A DNA stretch of 64,000 bases from Eledone cirrhosa (Eukaryota): NCBI GenBank assembly GCA_964016885.1, contig OZ024740.1, positions 286,192,001-286,256,000 on the forward strand. The letters are read 5' to 3'. Of the stretch, positions 1-11,184 are shown piece by piece (the stretch's first letter is position 1; the number at the start of each line of letters is the position of its first letter). The notes beneath the pieces were generated by a model that saw only the letters and a list, made by a program, of their open reading frames with translations, was not told where the DNA came from and searched no databases. The position numbers were made by a program, and so were the translations under genes.

Positions 1-210
1 TGGGGCTAAAGGGGCTTCCATAGGGAATACATGACCCCAGCGGCCAGGTCACATCTGCAGTTGATTTCTGAGGTCAAGTCTCCATTATTGGTGACTATGG
101 AACCCAGGTAAATGAAGGAGCTGACAAATTCCAAGACATCGGGGCTAATATGAAGCGGGGTGGGATCCATTGCCGGCATCAGCTTGGTCTTCGCCCATAT
201 CACCTGAAGG
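1..210 (-). mobile_element. Degenerate non-LTR retrotransposon RT C-terminal fragment
   Basis: ORF 6..203 contains LEFVSSFIYLGSIVTNNGDLTSEINCR, resembling the LINE 'V..F.YLGS.I...G....EI..R' motif. Confidence 0.7.
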
Positions 211-604
211 CCAAACTTCGATTATTTCTCCTGGTATATGAACAGTGCCTCCCTGAACTGATTGATCAAGTTGCTGAATAATGTATTTACACATGTATTA
301 AACCAAACTTCACTACTTATACATATATTAAACCAAACTTCACTATTTACACACAAGAAGAAGAAGAATGAAGTCTTGTGCATTCTTTGTGTTATTTCTG
401 AAATCATCCAAACAACAAGGAAAATCCAACTTCATTATCATCATTTGTTTCTAGCAGATAAACCAACAAATGACTCATGATTTAGACTGCTCCACACCCA
501 TGATTGTTTCAGTCTGTTAAAATAGATTTTTCACTATTCATGTCTATAGTCATTAAAAATTGTTGGTCACCTCATACGGATGGTGTAGGGAAAATATTTC
601 TTAA

Positions 605-789
605 CCCATTTGATACCAACCTGGTCAAAATTAGCTTTAGTTCTATGAAAAATAAACAACAATTTTAAAGGGTTCCATAATTAAAATCAAGTCTTCCAAC
701 AATTTTATATAAGAACCATATGTTGTTCTTATTCTAGTAATGAATTATTCATTATCTAAACGAAGTAGAGTGCATTTCATTAGAAAGGG
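605..789. mobile_element. piggyBac-type MITE
   Basis: TTAA at 601-604 and 790-793 flanks CCC...GGG termini; related decayed copies near 42300, 51485 and 61345. Confidence 0.55.
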
Positions 790-1586
790 TTAAAGAATTC
801 TCTTTATATCCATTACCAATTCTCAGACACCATCTGCATGAGATGACAAACAATTCTACAATTCTGAGTTTTTACTTTGCGATTCAATCACTAACAGCTT
901 GTCATGTTTTGTTAGATTATACTTCCACTGAAGATCCAAATAAATCATTTTTTTTAATTTATCTTCCATACTTCCTGAAGGAAAAAGAAATTTATTAATC
1001 ATCAACTAATATTATTTCTATTTTTCAACACATATTTCATCTAACATGAGCTTTTTTAATGTTTGAAGTATTAAAAATACTTTCACCCACTTAAATATCT
1101 CAAATCACTTAACTCACATTTTTCTAATATGGCAACTATGCAACTCTAGCTCATATTTCTTACTCTCCTCAGTTTTCATGAATCCTCTTCATTTCTATAT
1201 AACTTGAATATTCCATTTCATATTAAACATTTTCCAGCTGTCAGCATACCAGGCTCAAATTGAATCGCTCCTTCAAATACAAATTGTATATCTAAAAATT
1301 TTCTTTCTTAATCAGCTTTTAAAGGCTTGCATTTATGTAACTATTACAAAATATGTTCCACTATCAAGAGTACATCTGTTACTCAAGCATCAAACAACAT
1401 TTCTTTGGTTCTAAGTGAATGACCATCAAATAATCACAGCTTTAAGTCATTAATTTAATTTAAATATTTCCATAATATTTTACCTGTTTATTATACAGAG
1501 AAAATATTTCACTGGTTTTTAGCTAAAACATATTTCCATTTCATGATTAATCAAGACATATTTCTGTTTGTACAGTCCTTTAGTGA

Positions 1587-1700
1587 AGGCACACGGCTTA
1601 GTGGTTAGAGAATTAAATTCGTAATCATGAGGTTGTGAATTCGATTCCCAGACTGGGCGATGTGTTATGTCCTTGAGCAAGACATTATCTCACACTGCTC
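1587..1700 (+). mobile_element. tRNA-derived SINE head (family B-like)
   Basis: A-box-like GGCTTAGTGG, B-box-like AATTCGATTCC, then GTCCTTGAGCAAGACA as in the copy at 54984-55328. Confidence 0.7.
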
Positions 1701-1907
1701 CTTCTACCAAGAGCTGGGACTGGTAGATAGTATTAACAATTGGAAAGACCAGTGTTTCCTCGGTCCGATTTGATGAGCTCCACTCCACTCAGTAAGTGAA
1801 TGAAGTCTGGGATCTTGTCGATCGATTTCTTTTTTTTTTATAGTCTTGTCATTTAGAGGTAACTAGCTCCTAGTGGATGAGGGGTGTAGTATCCCATAGC
1901 AGTTGTT

Positions 1908-2115
1908 GTTGGATTGGCAGAATCGTTAGAGCATTGGACAAATGCTTAGTGGAATTTGTTTCAGCTCTATGTTCTGCATTCAAATCTTGCTAAGGTCAAC
2001 TTTACCTTTCATCCTTCCAAGGTCAATAAAATAAAGTACCTATCAAGTACTGGGAGTCAATATAATGAATTTGGACACCATTCAAATTACTGGCCTTCTG
2101 CTTAAATTAGCAATC
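1908..2115 (+). mobile_element. SINE family A, old copy
   Basis: GGATTGGCAGAATCGTTAGAGC head and CTTTCATCCTT...AAAATAAAGTACC core shared with many copies. Confidence 0.75.
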
Positions 2116-3092
2116 ATTGATCAAAGGCATTTCAGTTGCAAAAATTCCATCTCTTTGGAAGTATCTAGAATTACATGATCTAATGTGTCCATTCCTTATT
2201 TAAAACAGTAGGATGTCATCTGAGAGATATTTAGCTGCTATTTCTAGTAGGTCGAGTGACCATATAGTGGCTACTTCATTACTATGATCCTATATTATTG
2301 TTTTCATTTCTTTCTGTTGACCAAATGTAATTGTTCTATGTTTGTGCATCATTTTGCTTTCTTTAGATGCAATTCATTATGAACTAAATTCTTTATCATC
2401 ATATTTATGTACCCTTCTTTTCTATGCTGGCATGGGTTGGGTTAGATTTCTGAAGCAATATTCTATGGTCAGATATTCTTCCAAATGTCAACCTTTGTTT
2501 TATAAGCAAGGTATTTTATACATAAAACTGCTGGGCTGCATGACCTAGTGTTTATGGGGGACATGAATAAATGCTACCTGCTGCCCAGGGAATGTTAATG
2601 CAAAGACATGCAGAGACAAACACATACACATATTCGATCATTACCATCATCTTCATTATACCTAGAGTGGGCTTCTGAACAGTTACCATCAACCAAATTT
2701 CACTCACAAGGATTGGTTAGCCAAAGCTGTCACACTGTGGGATTGAACTCAAAACTGCATAGTTGCCAAGTGAACTTCTTAATCACATGGCCAAGTTATT
2801 GCCTATATAATTTAATTTTTGTGTTCAATGACACATACTCCTCCTCTTAATTTCATATTCCAATTTAGAATTATTGGGAATTCATTTTGGAGTTATGAAT
2901 TGTTTAAATGTTATTAGCAGCAAATAATCCCCATCTCATAGCTTCCTCACTGTTTACAGCTCTTGTTTTATTTCACATGTCATTATAAACAAATTATTTT
3001 ATTTTTTGTGGAACAAGTGTGAATATTGAAAAGCACATAAAAAAAGATAAACAGTTACCTATATATATATATAAGGGCTGGTGACACAAGAA

Positions 3093-3284
3093 AATAATTG
3101 TTTCTACTTTTGGCACAAGGCCAGAAATTACCCAGTGTGTTACTGGTACTTTATTTTATCGACCCCGTAAGGATGAAAGGCAAAGTTAACCTCGGCGAGA
3201 TTTGAACTCAGATCATAAAGGGACGTAACTCTATGCTTCAAAGCATGGTGTCCGACTCTCTACCAATACTGCCAATCCACCGCC
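3093..3284 (-). mobile_element. SINE family A (about 190 bp)
   Basis: Near-identical to the copies at 3727, 31641, 35305, 43362 and 53550; B-box GAGTTCAAATC on the minus strand; short AAGAAAAT duplication. Confidence 0.9.
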
Positions 3285-3468
3285 AAGAAAATGCACCCAA
3301 TCCACACTGTAATGTGGTTGTCATTAGGAAGAATATCCAGCTGTAGAAACCAAGCCAAAACGGAAATCCGTATGAGCAAATATGGCCACCTGACCTGACT
3401 TGTCTAATTATCTAACCCATGCAAGCATAGAAACATAGACATTAAACAGTGATGATGATATACATATA

Positions 3469-3655
3469 CAGGTAAAATTCTGTTATAACGAATACCATTA
3501 TAACAAATTTTTCAGTATAACAACATTTTTTTCAATCCCCGATGTAATAAGAAACAAACGCTCGATTAGTTTCGATCGATCTCCTTATAAAGGACTTTTC
3601 ATTACAATAAATTTTTTTTATACCCCTTGAATTTTGTTATAACGGAATTTCACTG
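3469..3655. mobile_element. Tc1/mariner(pogo)-type MITE
   Basis: Imperfect TIRs CAGGTAAAATTCTGTTATAAC / GTTATAACGGAATTTCACTG with TA on both sides. Confidence 0.75.
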
Positions 3656-3726
3656 TATATATATATAGTGATCTACAGATGAGCGGGAATTGTCCTTGTG
3701 TTTGTGTTTACACCCACGTTTTCTAA

Positions 3727-3912
3727 ATAATTATTTCTACTTTTGGCACAAGGCCAGCAATTATCCCAGTGTATTACTGGTACTTTATTTTATCGACCCC
3801 GTAAGGATGAAAAACAAAGTTAACCTTGGCGGGATTTGAACTCAGACCATAAAGGGCCGTAACTCTTTGCTGCAAAGCATGGCGTCCGACCCTCTACCGA
3901 TACTGCCAATCC
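3727..3912 (-). mobile_element. SINE family A with TSD
   Basis: Flanked by the direct repeat CACGTTTTCTAAATAAT. Confidence 0.9.
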
Positions 3913-4033
3913 ACGTTTTCTAAATAATATTTATTGGTAACCACACAGTCTCTCTCTTCCTTTTTAATTCACACATACACACATATATATATAAGTACCT
4001 TACTTACTGTGGTTACCCCCGATTGAACCCGGG

Positions 4034-4077
<44 letters not shown>

Positions 4078-4159
4078 CACCAACAACCCTAAGAGCAGAA
4101 CCCCACCTGAATGCTCTTGCCAAAGGCCTGAAGCTTGTCCCCTTCAACAACAGTACAAC

Positions 4160-4800
4160 ATGGCCTGAAGCTTGTCCCCTTCAACAACAGTACAACACAC
4201 CAGCTGTAATTTACGAAGCTGTATTCACTTCTAACCGACCAAATCAACAAAAAGCTAAATCCTATGTAGGTATGGTGGAGGGCTGGTTTAAAGAACGCTT
4301 CCTGAATCATCTGTCGACATTCAGACACCCAGACAAACAATCATCCACAAAGCTTGCAAGCCACATATGGTCCCTCAAGGACGCAGGCATGAATTACTAC
4401 ATTCAATGGAAAGTTATTACTAAGTCTAAGCCATACTGAAATGGGAATCCGTCTTGTGGGCTGTGCATTGAAGAGAGGATCAATATTCTGAGGAGACTGC
4501 GTATGAATTTTTCTCGTGTTGTCCACATGTTTCGAAACACCTATTATGTAATTTCAAAGCTCCAGACTGACTAACATGAATAATCTATTATATTCTGAGT
4601 TTTCAGTCATCTCCCTACATCAATCTAACGTGAGTTACATCCCCTTTGGGAAGTGACTTCTTCTGCACATGCATATTCGTATAATTGTTTTTCCTTTTCC
4701 GTATAATCACATTTAAACGGAGCTGATGATCCAACTAAGGTGAAACAATTGTTCTCGGAAATAGTGAATTAACTGTTGTGGAACTACTTCTACATATATA
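4160..4800 (+). mobile_element. Penelope-like element, 5'-truncated (GIY-YIG endonuclease plus 3' pLTR)
   Basis: CPL..AVIYEA..SYVGMVEGWFKERFLNHLSTF..STKLASHIWSLKD..IQWKVI..CGLCIEE matches the PLE GIY-YIG domain; HHR motif downstream. Confidence 0.9.
4720..4756 (+). ncRNA. Minimal type I hammerhead ribozyme
   Basis: gag-CTGATGA-tCCaactaaGGt-GAAACAATTGTT-ctc; palindromic stem III ACAATTGT. Confidence 0.7.
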
Positions 4801-6093
4801 TTCAAAATTGTTTGTAGAAAATCAATCTGTTTTCATTAAAAACAGTTTTAATCACTTACAATTTTTTCTGGTATTTTGTGAAATTAATTCTTCTAATTGT
4901 CGCAAACAATCAACATGTTTTTCATTAATGAATGGACTTCGAGCAAATTCATGCATAAGATACTTTCATCCGCATGGTATAAGGTTATTTCAATTTATAC
5001 TCACATAAAACATTAATTCACATCCATCAATAGAAATCAACGAAACCATATCATAATTTGAATTTTACAGAAAATCAGTTGAAATTAATTTTTTTACGGG
5101 TTTTTACAAATTTGAGGATACATCGCCTTTTTTTATTATTGTAGTTTAACAGATCATATAATGAAAGGGAGATAATATAAGTTATATTTTTATTCAGGAT
5201 TAAATTTACTAACAAAGTAACGTCTCAGATAGATAATTAATTAACGGACAATCTATTAAGTATAAAAATATACGTACGTAGTTAAGTTTAATACATAATT
5301 AAATAAGAGAATTAACAAATTACATATAACTAAGAATAAGTTGAGACCTGTTAAGCTATAAAAAGCGTATAAGTATTATATTTGTATAAATGTATTTATA
5401 TAAAGAAAAGGGGTACTGTATTGTTAAATTAAAGATACTCATGAAAACACGATAGGTAATTAATATATCAATATATTCACAGAACCCTATATGTAAAGGG
5501 AGTGTTGTGCTGTTAAAATTAAAGGTACTCATTAATACTCAAAAAGTAATTTAAATATTGAAATATTTACAGAGCTCTTCTTACTTAGTTGAATATTTTT
5601 ATGGTCTTAATTATATTTAAATTTAAAATTAAATTAGATTATCACATCTTGCTTATGATCAATTTGTAATCGCCTCTCCTTTTAAATTGATGTGCAGTAA
5701 ATATACTTAATTAAATATAAAATTATAATATGTATGAAATCAATTAGCTAATATAAAATAAAGTCATAATTTCTAAATTGCAGACTAGAATTACAGATGT
5801 ACTAGGATATAAATGTTATACGGTATACAGAGCAACTAACCAAATATGTCTATCATTTGAATATCCATACTATTCATTCTGGATTCGTAACACATAATCT
5901 ACTCTGATATGAAAATGTGTAACAGAAAAGATTTGTGATCATTTAGATCATCAAAAGTAATACAAGTACTTACATTCATACAATTATACTACCAAATTCG
6001 ATATGCAATATATATATATATTGACTATTCAAACTGAACTTAAAATGATAAGTTCCTCTTTTGGATATGTCACTATCTGTAAAACAACTTTTG

Positions 6094-6155
6094 TATTTTA
6101 TCTGATGAGAGCGTACCAATAATTTTGGTACCCTTCAAATATATATAATAAAATA
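6094..6155 (+). ncRNA. Decayed type I hammerhead motif (G12 to C)
   Basis: Stem I TATTTTAT/ATAAAATA, CTGATGA, stem II GTACCA/TGGTAC, CAAA instead of GAAA, ATA site. Confidence 0.55.
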
Positions 6156-6286
6156 AATATAGTTTTATAAAGATAGTTTCCATTTATTAATATTATTGAT
6201 ATTATACTCCAGAAGAAAACTGTAGAGTGCTTCTAATCTGTTATAAATAAATTTGTTGAATAACCAACAAATTAAATAACTCATTG

Positions 6287-6321
<35 letters not shown>

Positions 6322-6354
6322 GGTTTATGCTATAAAAATATATATATATATATA

Positions 6355-9300
6355 TCATCATCATCATCATCATCATCATTTTACGTCCGCTTTTCCCTGC
6401 TTGCAAGGGTGGGACGGGTCTTATTCAGCACAGCATCTCTCCACTCGTCACGGTCCTTCGTCATCTCCACCGTGAGCTTCAATGATCTGAGGTCTGTTCT
6501 CACCACCTCCGCCCATGTTTTTCGTGGTCTACCTCTACCACGTCTTCCTTCAACTGGCATTTCCTGGCACTTCTTCACCCATCGGTCATCCTCCATGCGC
6601 ATCACATGTCCATACCACCACAGTCTCCTCTCCCGTACACTACATTCTATCCCTCTCAGACACAGTTTCTCTCTCAACACATTTATGCTGGGTCATTCAC
6701 GCACATTTACACTGCACATCCAACGGAGCATGCTTGCCTCATTTCTCTCCAGCCGTTGCATATCCTCTGCAGTTGCTGCTCATGTCTCACTACCATGCAG
6801 CATCGCGCTCCTCACACAGGCATCATACAACCGGCCTTTCGTACGCAGGGAGAAACCCTTCTTCGTCAACAGAGGAAGCAGCTCCCTAAATTTCTTCCAA
6901 CCCATCCTTATTCTAGATACTATGGCCTCGGAACACCCTTCTCCCATGCTGATCTGATCTGCTAGGTACCGGAAGCTATCCACCACTTCTATAGCGCCCT
7001 CCTGCATTTGAAAAATGTGTCTATCAATGTGACTTCTACTGTCTAATTTCCCTGTACCTCTACTGCATACATATTTCTCCCTACCTGTTAGTTTGCCTGC
7101 TATCCCGCTACATCTCTTGTGTACCCAGGATCTGCATTGTGTGCATTTTATAGAATTTATGCCAGTTCCTTTTCTGCATATCAAACACGGCCATTTCCCT
7201 GACGGAATCAGAGTTTTGTCCTCTTTTCTACTCATCAACACTTTTGTCTTAACTAGGTTCACTCTCAGTCCTCTTGCTTCCAACTGCTGTTTCCATAGCC
7301 AGAATTTATTCTCTAGCTCCTCTACTGATTCTGCTATAAGAACCAGATCGTCAGCATAGAGAAGTTCCCATGGACAGCCAGTCTTAAACTCCTCTGTTAT
7401 GGCTTGGAGGACTATAATGAACAAGAGCGGGCTGAGGACCGAACCTTGATGTACTCCTACTTGTATCTGGAATTCCTCACTAAACTCCATTCCTACCCTG
7501 ACTTTACTGAGAGTACCTCTGTACAAAGTTTGCACTGTCCTCACAAGCCATTCCTCAACACCTAGCTTCCTTAGGGACCACCAGATGACAGATCGGGGTA
7601 CCCTATCAAAAGCCTTCTCTAGGTCAACAAAGGCTAAGTATAGTGGCTTATTTTTCTCTAAGAACCTCTCTTGCAATTGTCTCACCAAGAAGAGGGCATC
7701 TGTTGTACGTTTCCCAGGCACAAAACCAAACTGCATCTCATCTAGTTTGACACTTTCTCTAATTAGTTGTGCTAGTATCCTTTCTGCCACTTTCATAACC
7801 TGATCTATCAGTTTTATACCCCTATAATTGCTCCTCTCCAGAGCATCCCCTTTACCTTTGTAGCAATTTATGAGAATACTGCTGCACCAGTCTTTGGGTA
7901 TGACACCACCATATATAGCCTGATTGATGATGCGTGCAACCAGTTTAGTGCCTATGTCCCTTGATGCCTTCAGCATCTCAGCAACTATTCTCGATGGTCC
8001 AGCAACCTTACCATTTTTCATTTCCCTAATCGCCTCTTGGACCCTATATTCGTCAATCTCAATAGCTGGTCCCTCTGTCGGATCTACTAAGGGTAATTTC
8101 TCTCTCTCCCATTCGTTCTCCACATTCACCAGTCTCTCATAATGACATTTCCAGGCCTCCTTTTTCTGATCATTCGTGACACTAAGTACACCGGCATCAT
8201 CCCGGACACATTTATCTCCAACAACATCCTGATTTGCATTGACACACTGCCTTGCAATGTGGAACACCGCACGCCTCTGATCTTCCCGTCGCAGAACATT
8301 GGCAAACCTCCTACTCTCCGCCTCCCTGCGTGCTAAGTACACCTGACGTCTAGCTTCTCTCTTAGTGGCTGTATATTCTTGCCTACTCCCACCCTTTTTC
8401 CAAGCCTTCCATGCTAGTCTTTTGTCTCTAATGGCCTTATCTACTGTGCTGTTCCACCACCAGGTCACTCTCTGTCTGGTTGGAGCTCTGCTCCAGCCAC
8501 AAGTTTCATCAGTAGCCTGCAGCAAGTTGTCACGTAAGAAATTCCAGTTATTATCTATGTCATACGTCTCTAAATCGTCTTCTTTTTCGTCATTTACATC
8601 TTGAAGGGCTTTCCTAAATTTGTATTTTAGTGAAAGGTCTTTTAGCTTCCAGACCTTTCTTCTCCACACCTTCCTATATGTCTCATTCCATCTCTTGCTT
8701 ACTGAGATATCACTAACGACTAACCTATGCTGTGGGGTACATTCTTCCCCAGGGTATGCCTTGGTATTAGACACTATCTGCCTGTCCCACTGCCTAACTA
8801 GTAAGAAGTCAATCTGGCTTATGTGCTCAACAGATTTGTAGGTTATTAGGTGATTGGCAGGTTTCTGGAAGTTTGTGTTGCAAATAGTCAATGTACCTGC
8901 ATCACAAAATTCAAGAAGTCTCACTCCTTCTTCATTTCTTGAACCGTAACCGTGCCCACCATGAACCCCAGTGTAACCATCCTGGAGCTGTCCAACATGA
9001 CCATTGAAGTCTCCTACTAGCATAACGATGTCTCCGTCCTCTGTCATTGCGGTTGTTTGTAAAAGTTGCTCGTAAAAGCAGTCTTTCTCATCTTTGCTCG
9101 TAAAAGCAGTCTTTCTCATCTTTGCCTAGGCCTGCTTGGGGAGCATAAGCCGAGATGATTGTCAGTAGTCTCCTGCCTACAACTAATCTAAGCTTAATTA
9201 TTCGATTACTAACTCGAACTACCTCTATTGTCTTATTGATCCATTTCTCAGCCAGGAAAATGCCTACTCCCCCTAACCCATCATCCTTACCTACCCAGAA

Positions 9301-9660
9301 TAGCTTATAGCTAAGACGTTTGCCTACAACTAGTCTCGCAGAGGCACCTCTCCATCTCACCTCTTGCACGCAGTACACATCCACCTGCCTTCTCTCCAGC
9401 ATCTCCGCTATTTCAGCAGATCTACCTCTGAGAGTGCCAACATTAAGTGTTGCAACTCTGAGATGCGACGTCTTCATATTTTGTTGTTGTTCCTATTTGT
9501 TGCTGTGCTGATAAGCGTTTTGGCATTGATACACTGGTTGGATGCCCTTCTTAACACCAGCGCCACTTTACAGCATGGACTGGGTGCTTTTATTTGTGCC
9601 ACCAGCACTAGAGAGGATGTCTTACTAGACTCAAGGGCCCTCTCTACCCCTCCATTTTAC
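6355..9660 (-). mobile_element. Near full-length RTE-clade LINE, family 1 (APE endonuclease, RT, PHD-like insert)
   Basis: ORFs 9088..9477, 6780..9119 and 6381..6680: ATLNVGTL, CVQEVRW, GDFNGH, FVDLEKAFDRV, GVHQGSVLSP, YADD, RRLWWYGHV, GRPRKTW; (ATG)n tail next to (TA)n. Confidence 0.97.
6381..9477 (-). pseudogene. RTE polyprotein broken by a 28-bp tandem duplication (9066-9121) and one stop (6780-6782)
   Basis: TTGCTCGTAAAAGCAGTCTTTCTCATCT occurs twice; ET*A where family 2 copies read ETWA. Confidence 0.9.
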
Positions 9661-9669
9661 AGCATGGTC

Positions 9670-10315
9670 ATTAAAAAAAAAACAAAAAAAAAAAACACTT
9701 ATTCACACGACACTCACACACACACTCACACACCAACACTCATGCATACAAACCACAAACACACACCAACACTCATTCATGCATATAAACACACACACCA
9801 CTCACAAACACATATATATATATATATATATTACCGGCAGTACTGATACAAATACAAAGTCAAAATCATGTCAACTGTTGACTTTTCCCAGTCCAGTTCA
9901 GTTTTTATATAATAATAATAATAATAATTGTTTGCTTTACGCTGGTAATGGTGGTGGTGGTGGTGAATGGTGGTGGATGGTGTCAGTATGGTGATGGTGG
10001 TGGTGGTGGATGGTCAGTGATGGTGGTGGTAGTTGTTGTTGCTGTAGTTGTTATTGTAGTTGCTGTTGCTGTGCTGTTGTTGTTGTTGTTGTCGCTGTTG
10101 TTGTTGTTCTTCTTCATTTCACTGCTGCTGTTGCTGCAGACAATGGTGTTGATGCTGTTATTGTAGTCGCATACATATAAATACATACATACACACACAT
10201 TCAACACAGACAATGGTGTTGTTGCTGTTGTTGTTGTTGGTGTCGCTGCTGTTGTTGTTGTTGCTGTGTTGAAATCTGGTCGCATCCACTGAGATATACA
10301 TATACACACATATAT
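9670..10315. repeat. Compound microsatellite field (CA, TA, AAT, GGT, GTT, GCT)
   Basis: Directly visible; explains the low-complexity ORFs here. Confidence 0.95.
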
Positions 10316-10447
10316 CATCATCATCATCATCATCATCATCAACGTTTAACGTCCGTGTTCCACGCTTGCATGGGTTTGGACGGGGGTAGTCCCACTTGAG
10401 GCAAGAGTGATTGTCTTGCTCGCATAGGACTGTCTGGCAGGTTTTCT
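10316..10447 (-). mobile_element. 3' tail only of RTE family 2
   Basis: Matches 11139-11290; (ATG)n tail; TA-rich flanks. Confidence 0.8.
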
Positions 10448-11136
10448 ATATATATGTATATACACATACATACATCAAAAGAGTTAGCAGTATGTCAACA
10501 GGTCAGCCACCTTAGATAGAGTAATGAGTAATATGGTGATGGTGGGGAGCGAGTGTAGACGTTATTGTTATTGTGGTGGTGGGGGTCAGTGAGATGTACA
10601 AGTTCATAGTTCACTTGTCTCTTTCCCTCACTCTTCAAAATTTTGAATTTATGGCCTTTTGCAATGGCGGACAAGTATATATATATATATAATATATAAG
10701 AAGCAAAGAAAATGTCAATGATACAAAAGATTTCCTGGTGGAAGTTCAGGTGTACTCAGGGTTGGTATCCAGTTTCGGGGTGAAAATCCAATTAGGAAAT
10801 CCAACGAATTTTGAGAGGTCCACGTAAGCATTGATATATATATATATATGTATGTAAAATGTAAACAGAAATAACAACACATATACTAATGAACATGTTT
10901 TTACATTAAACACAGAGGGACATCTGTAAATGATAATAACAATATTTAGATATAAATGTACATATTTCTATTGGTCTCATAATTTTTTTTTTTATTTCCT
11001 TGTGTGTAGCAACACGTGGTTGTGTGTTGGTGCTGACTCTAGCAGAGCCCAAGAAAACACGTCTTGCCCTAACAGCCGCCGGGTTATATATCTTGCTCAA
11101 GGAAACAACACATAACCCGGACTGATATATATATAT

Positions 11137-11138
<2 letters not shown>

Positions 11139-11184
<46 letters not shown>

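Noticed and set aside
289-350. 30-bp tandem duplication (also a 36-bp one at 4124-4197 and 13 bp x3 at about 44825)
   Set aside because: Ordinary local slippage duplications
6409-8841. Many plus-strand ORFs over the RTE (also at 11826-12824 and 27147-29213)
   Set aside because: Antisense shadows of the LINE reading frame
9779-10342. Poly-V/T/N/M ORFs (similar ones at 45104, 49670 and 55319-55755)
   Set aside because: Translations of microsatellites
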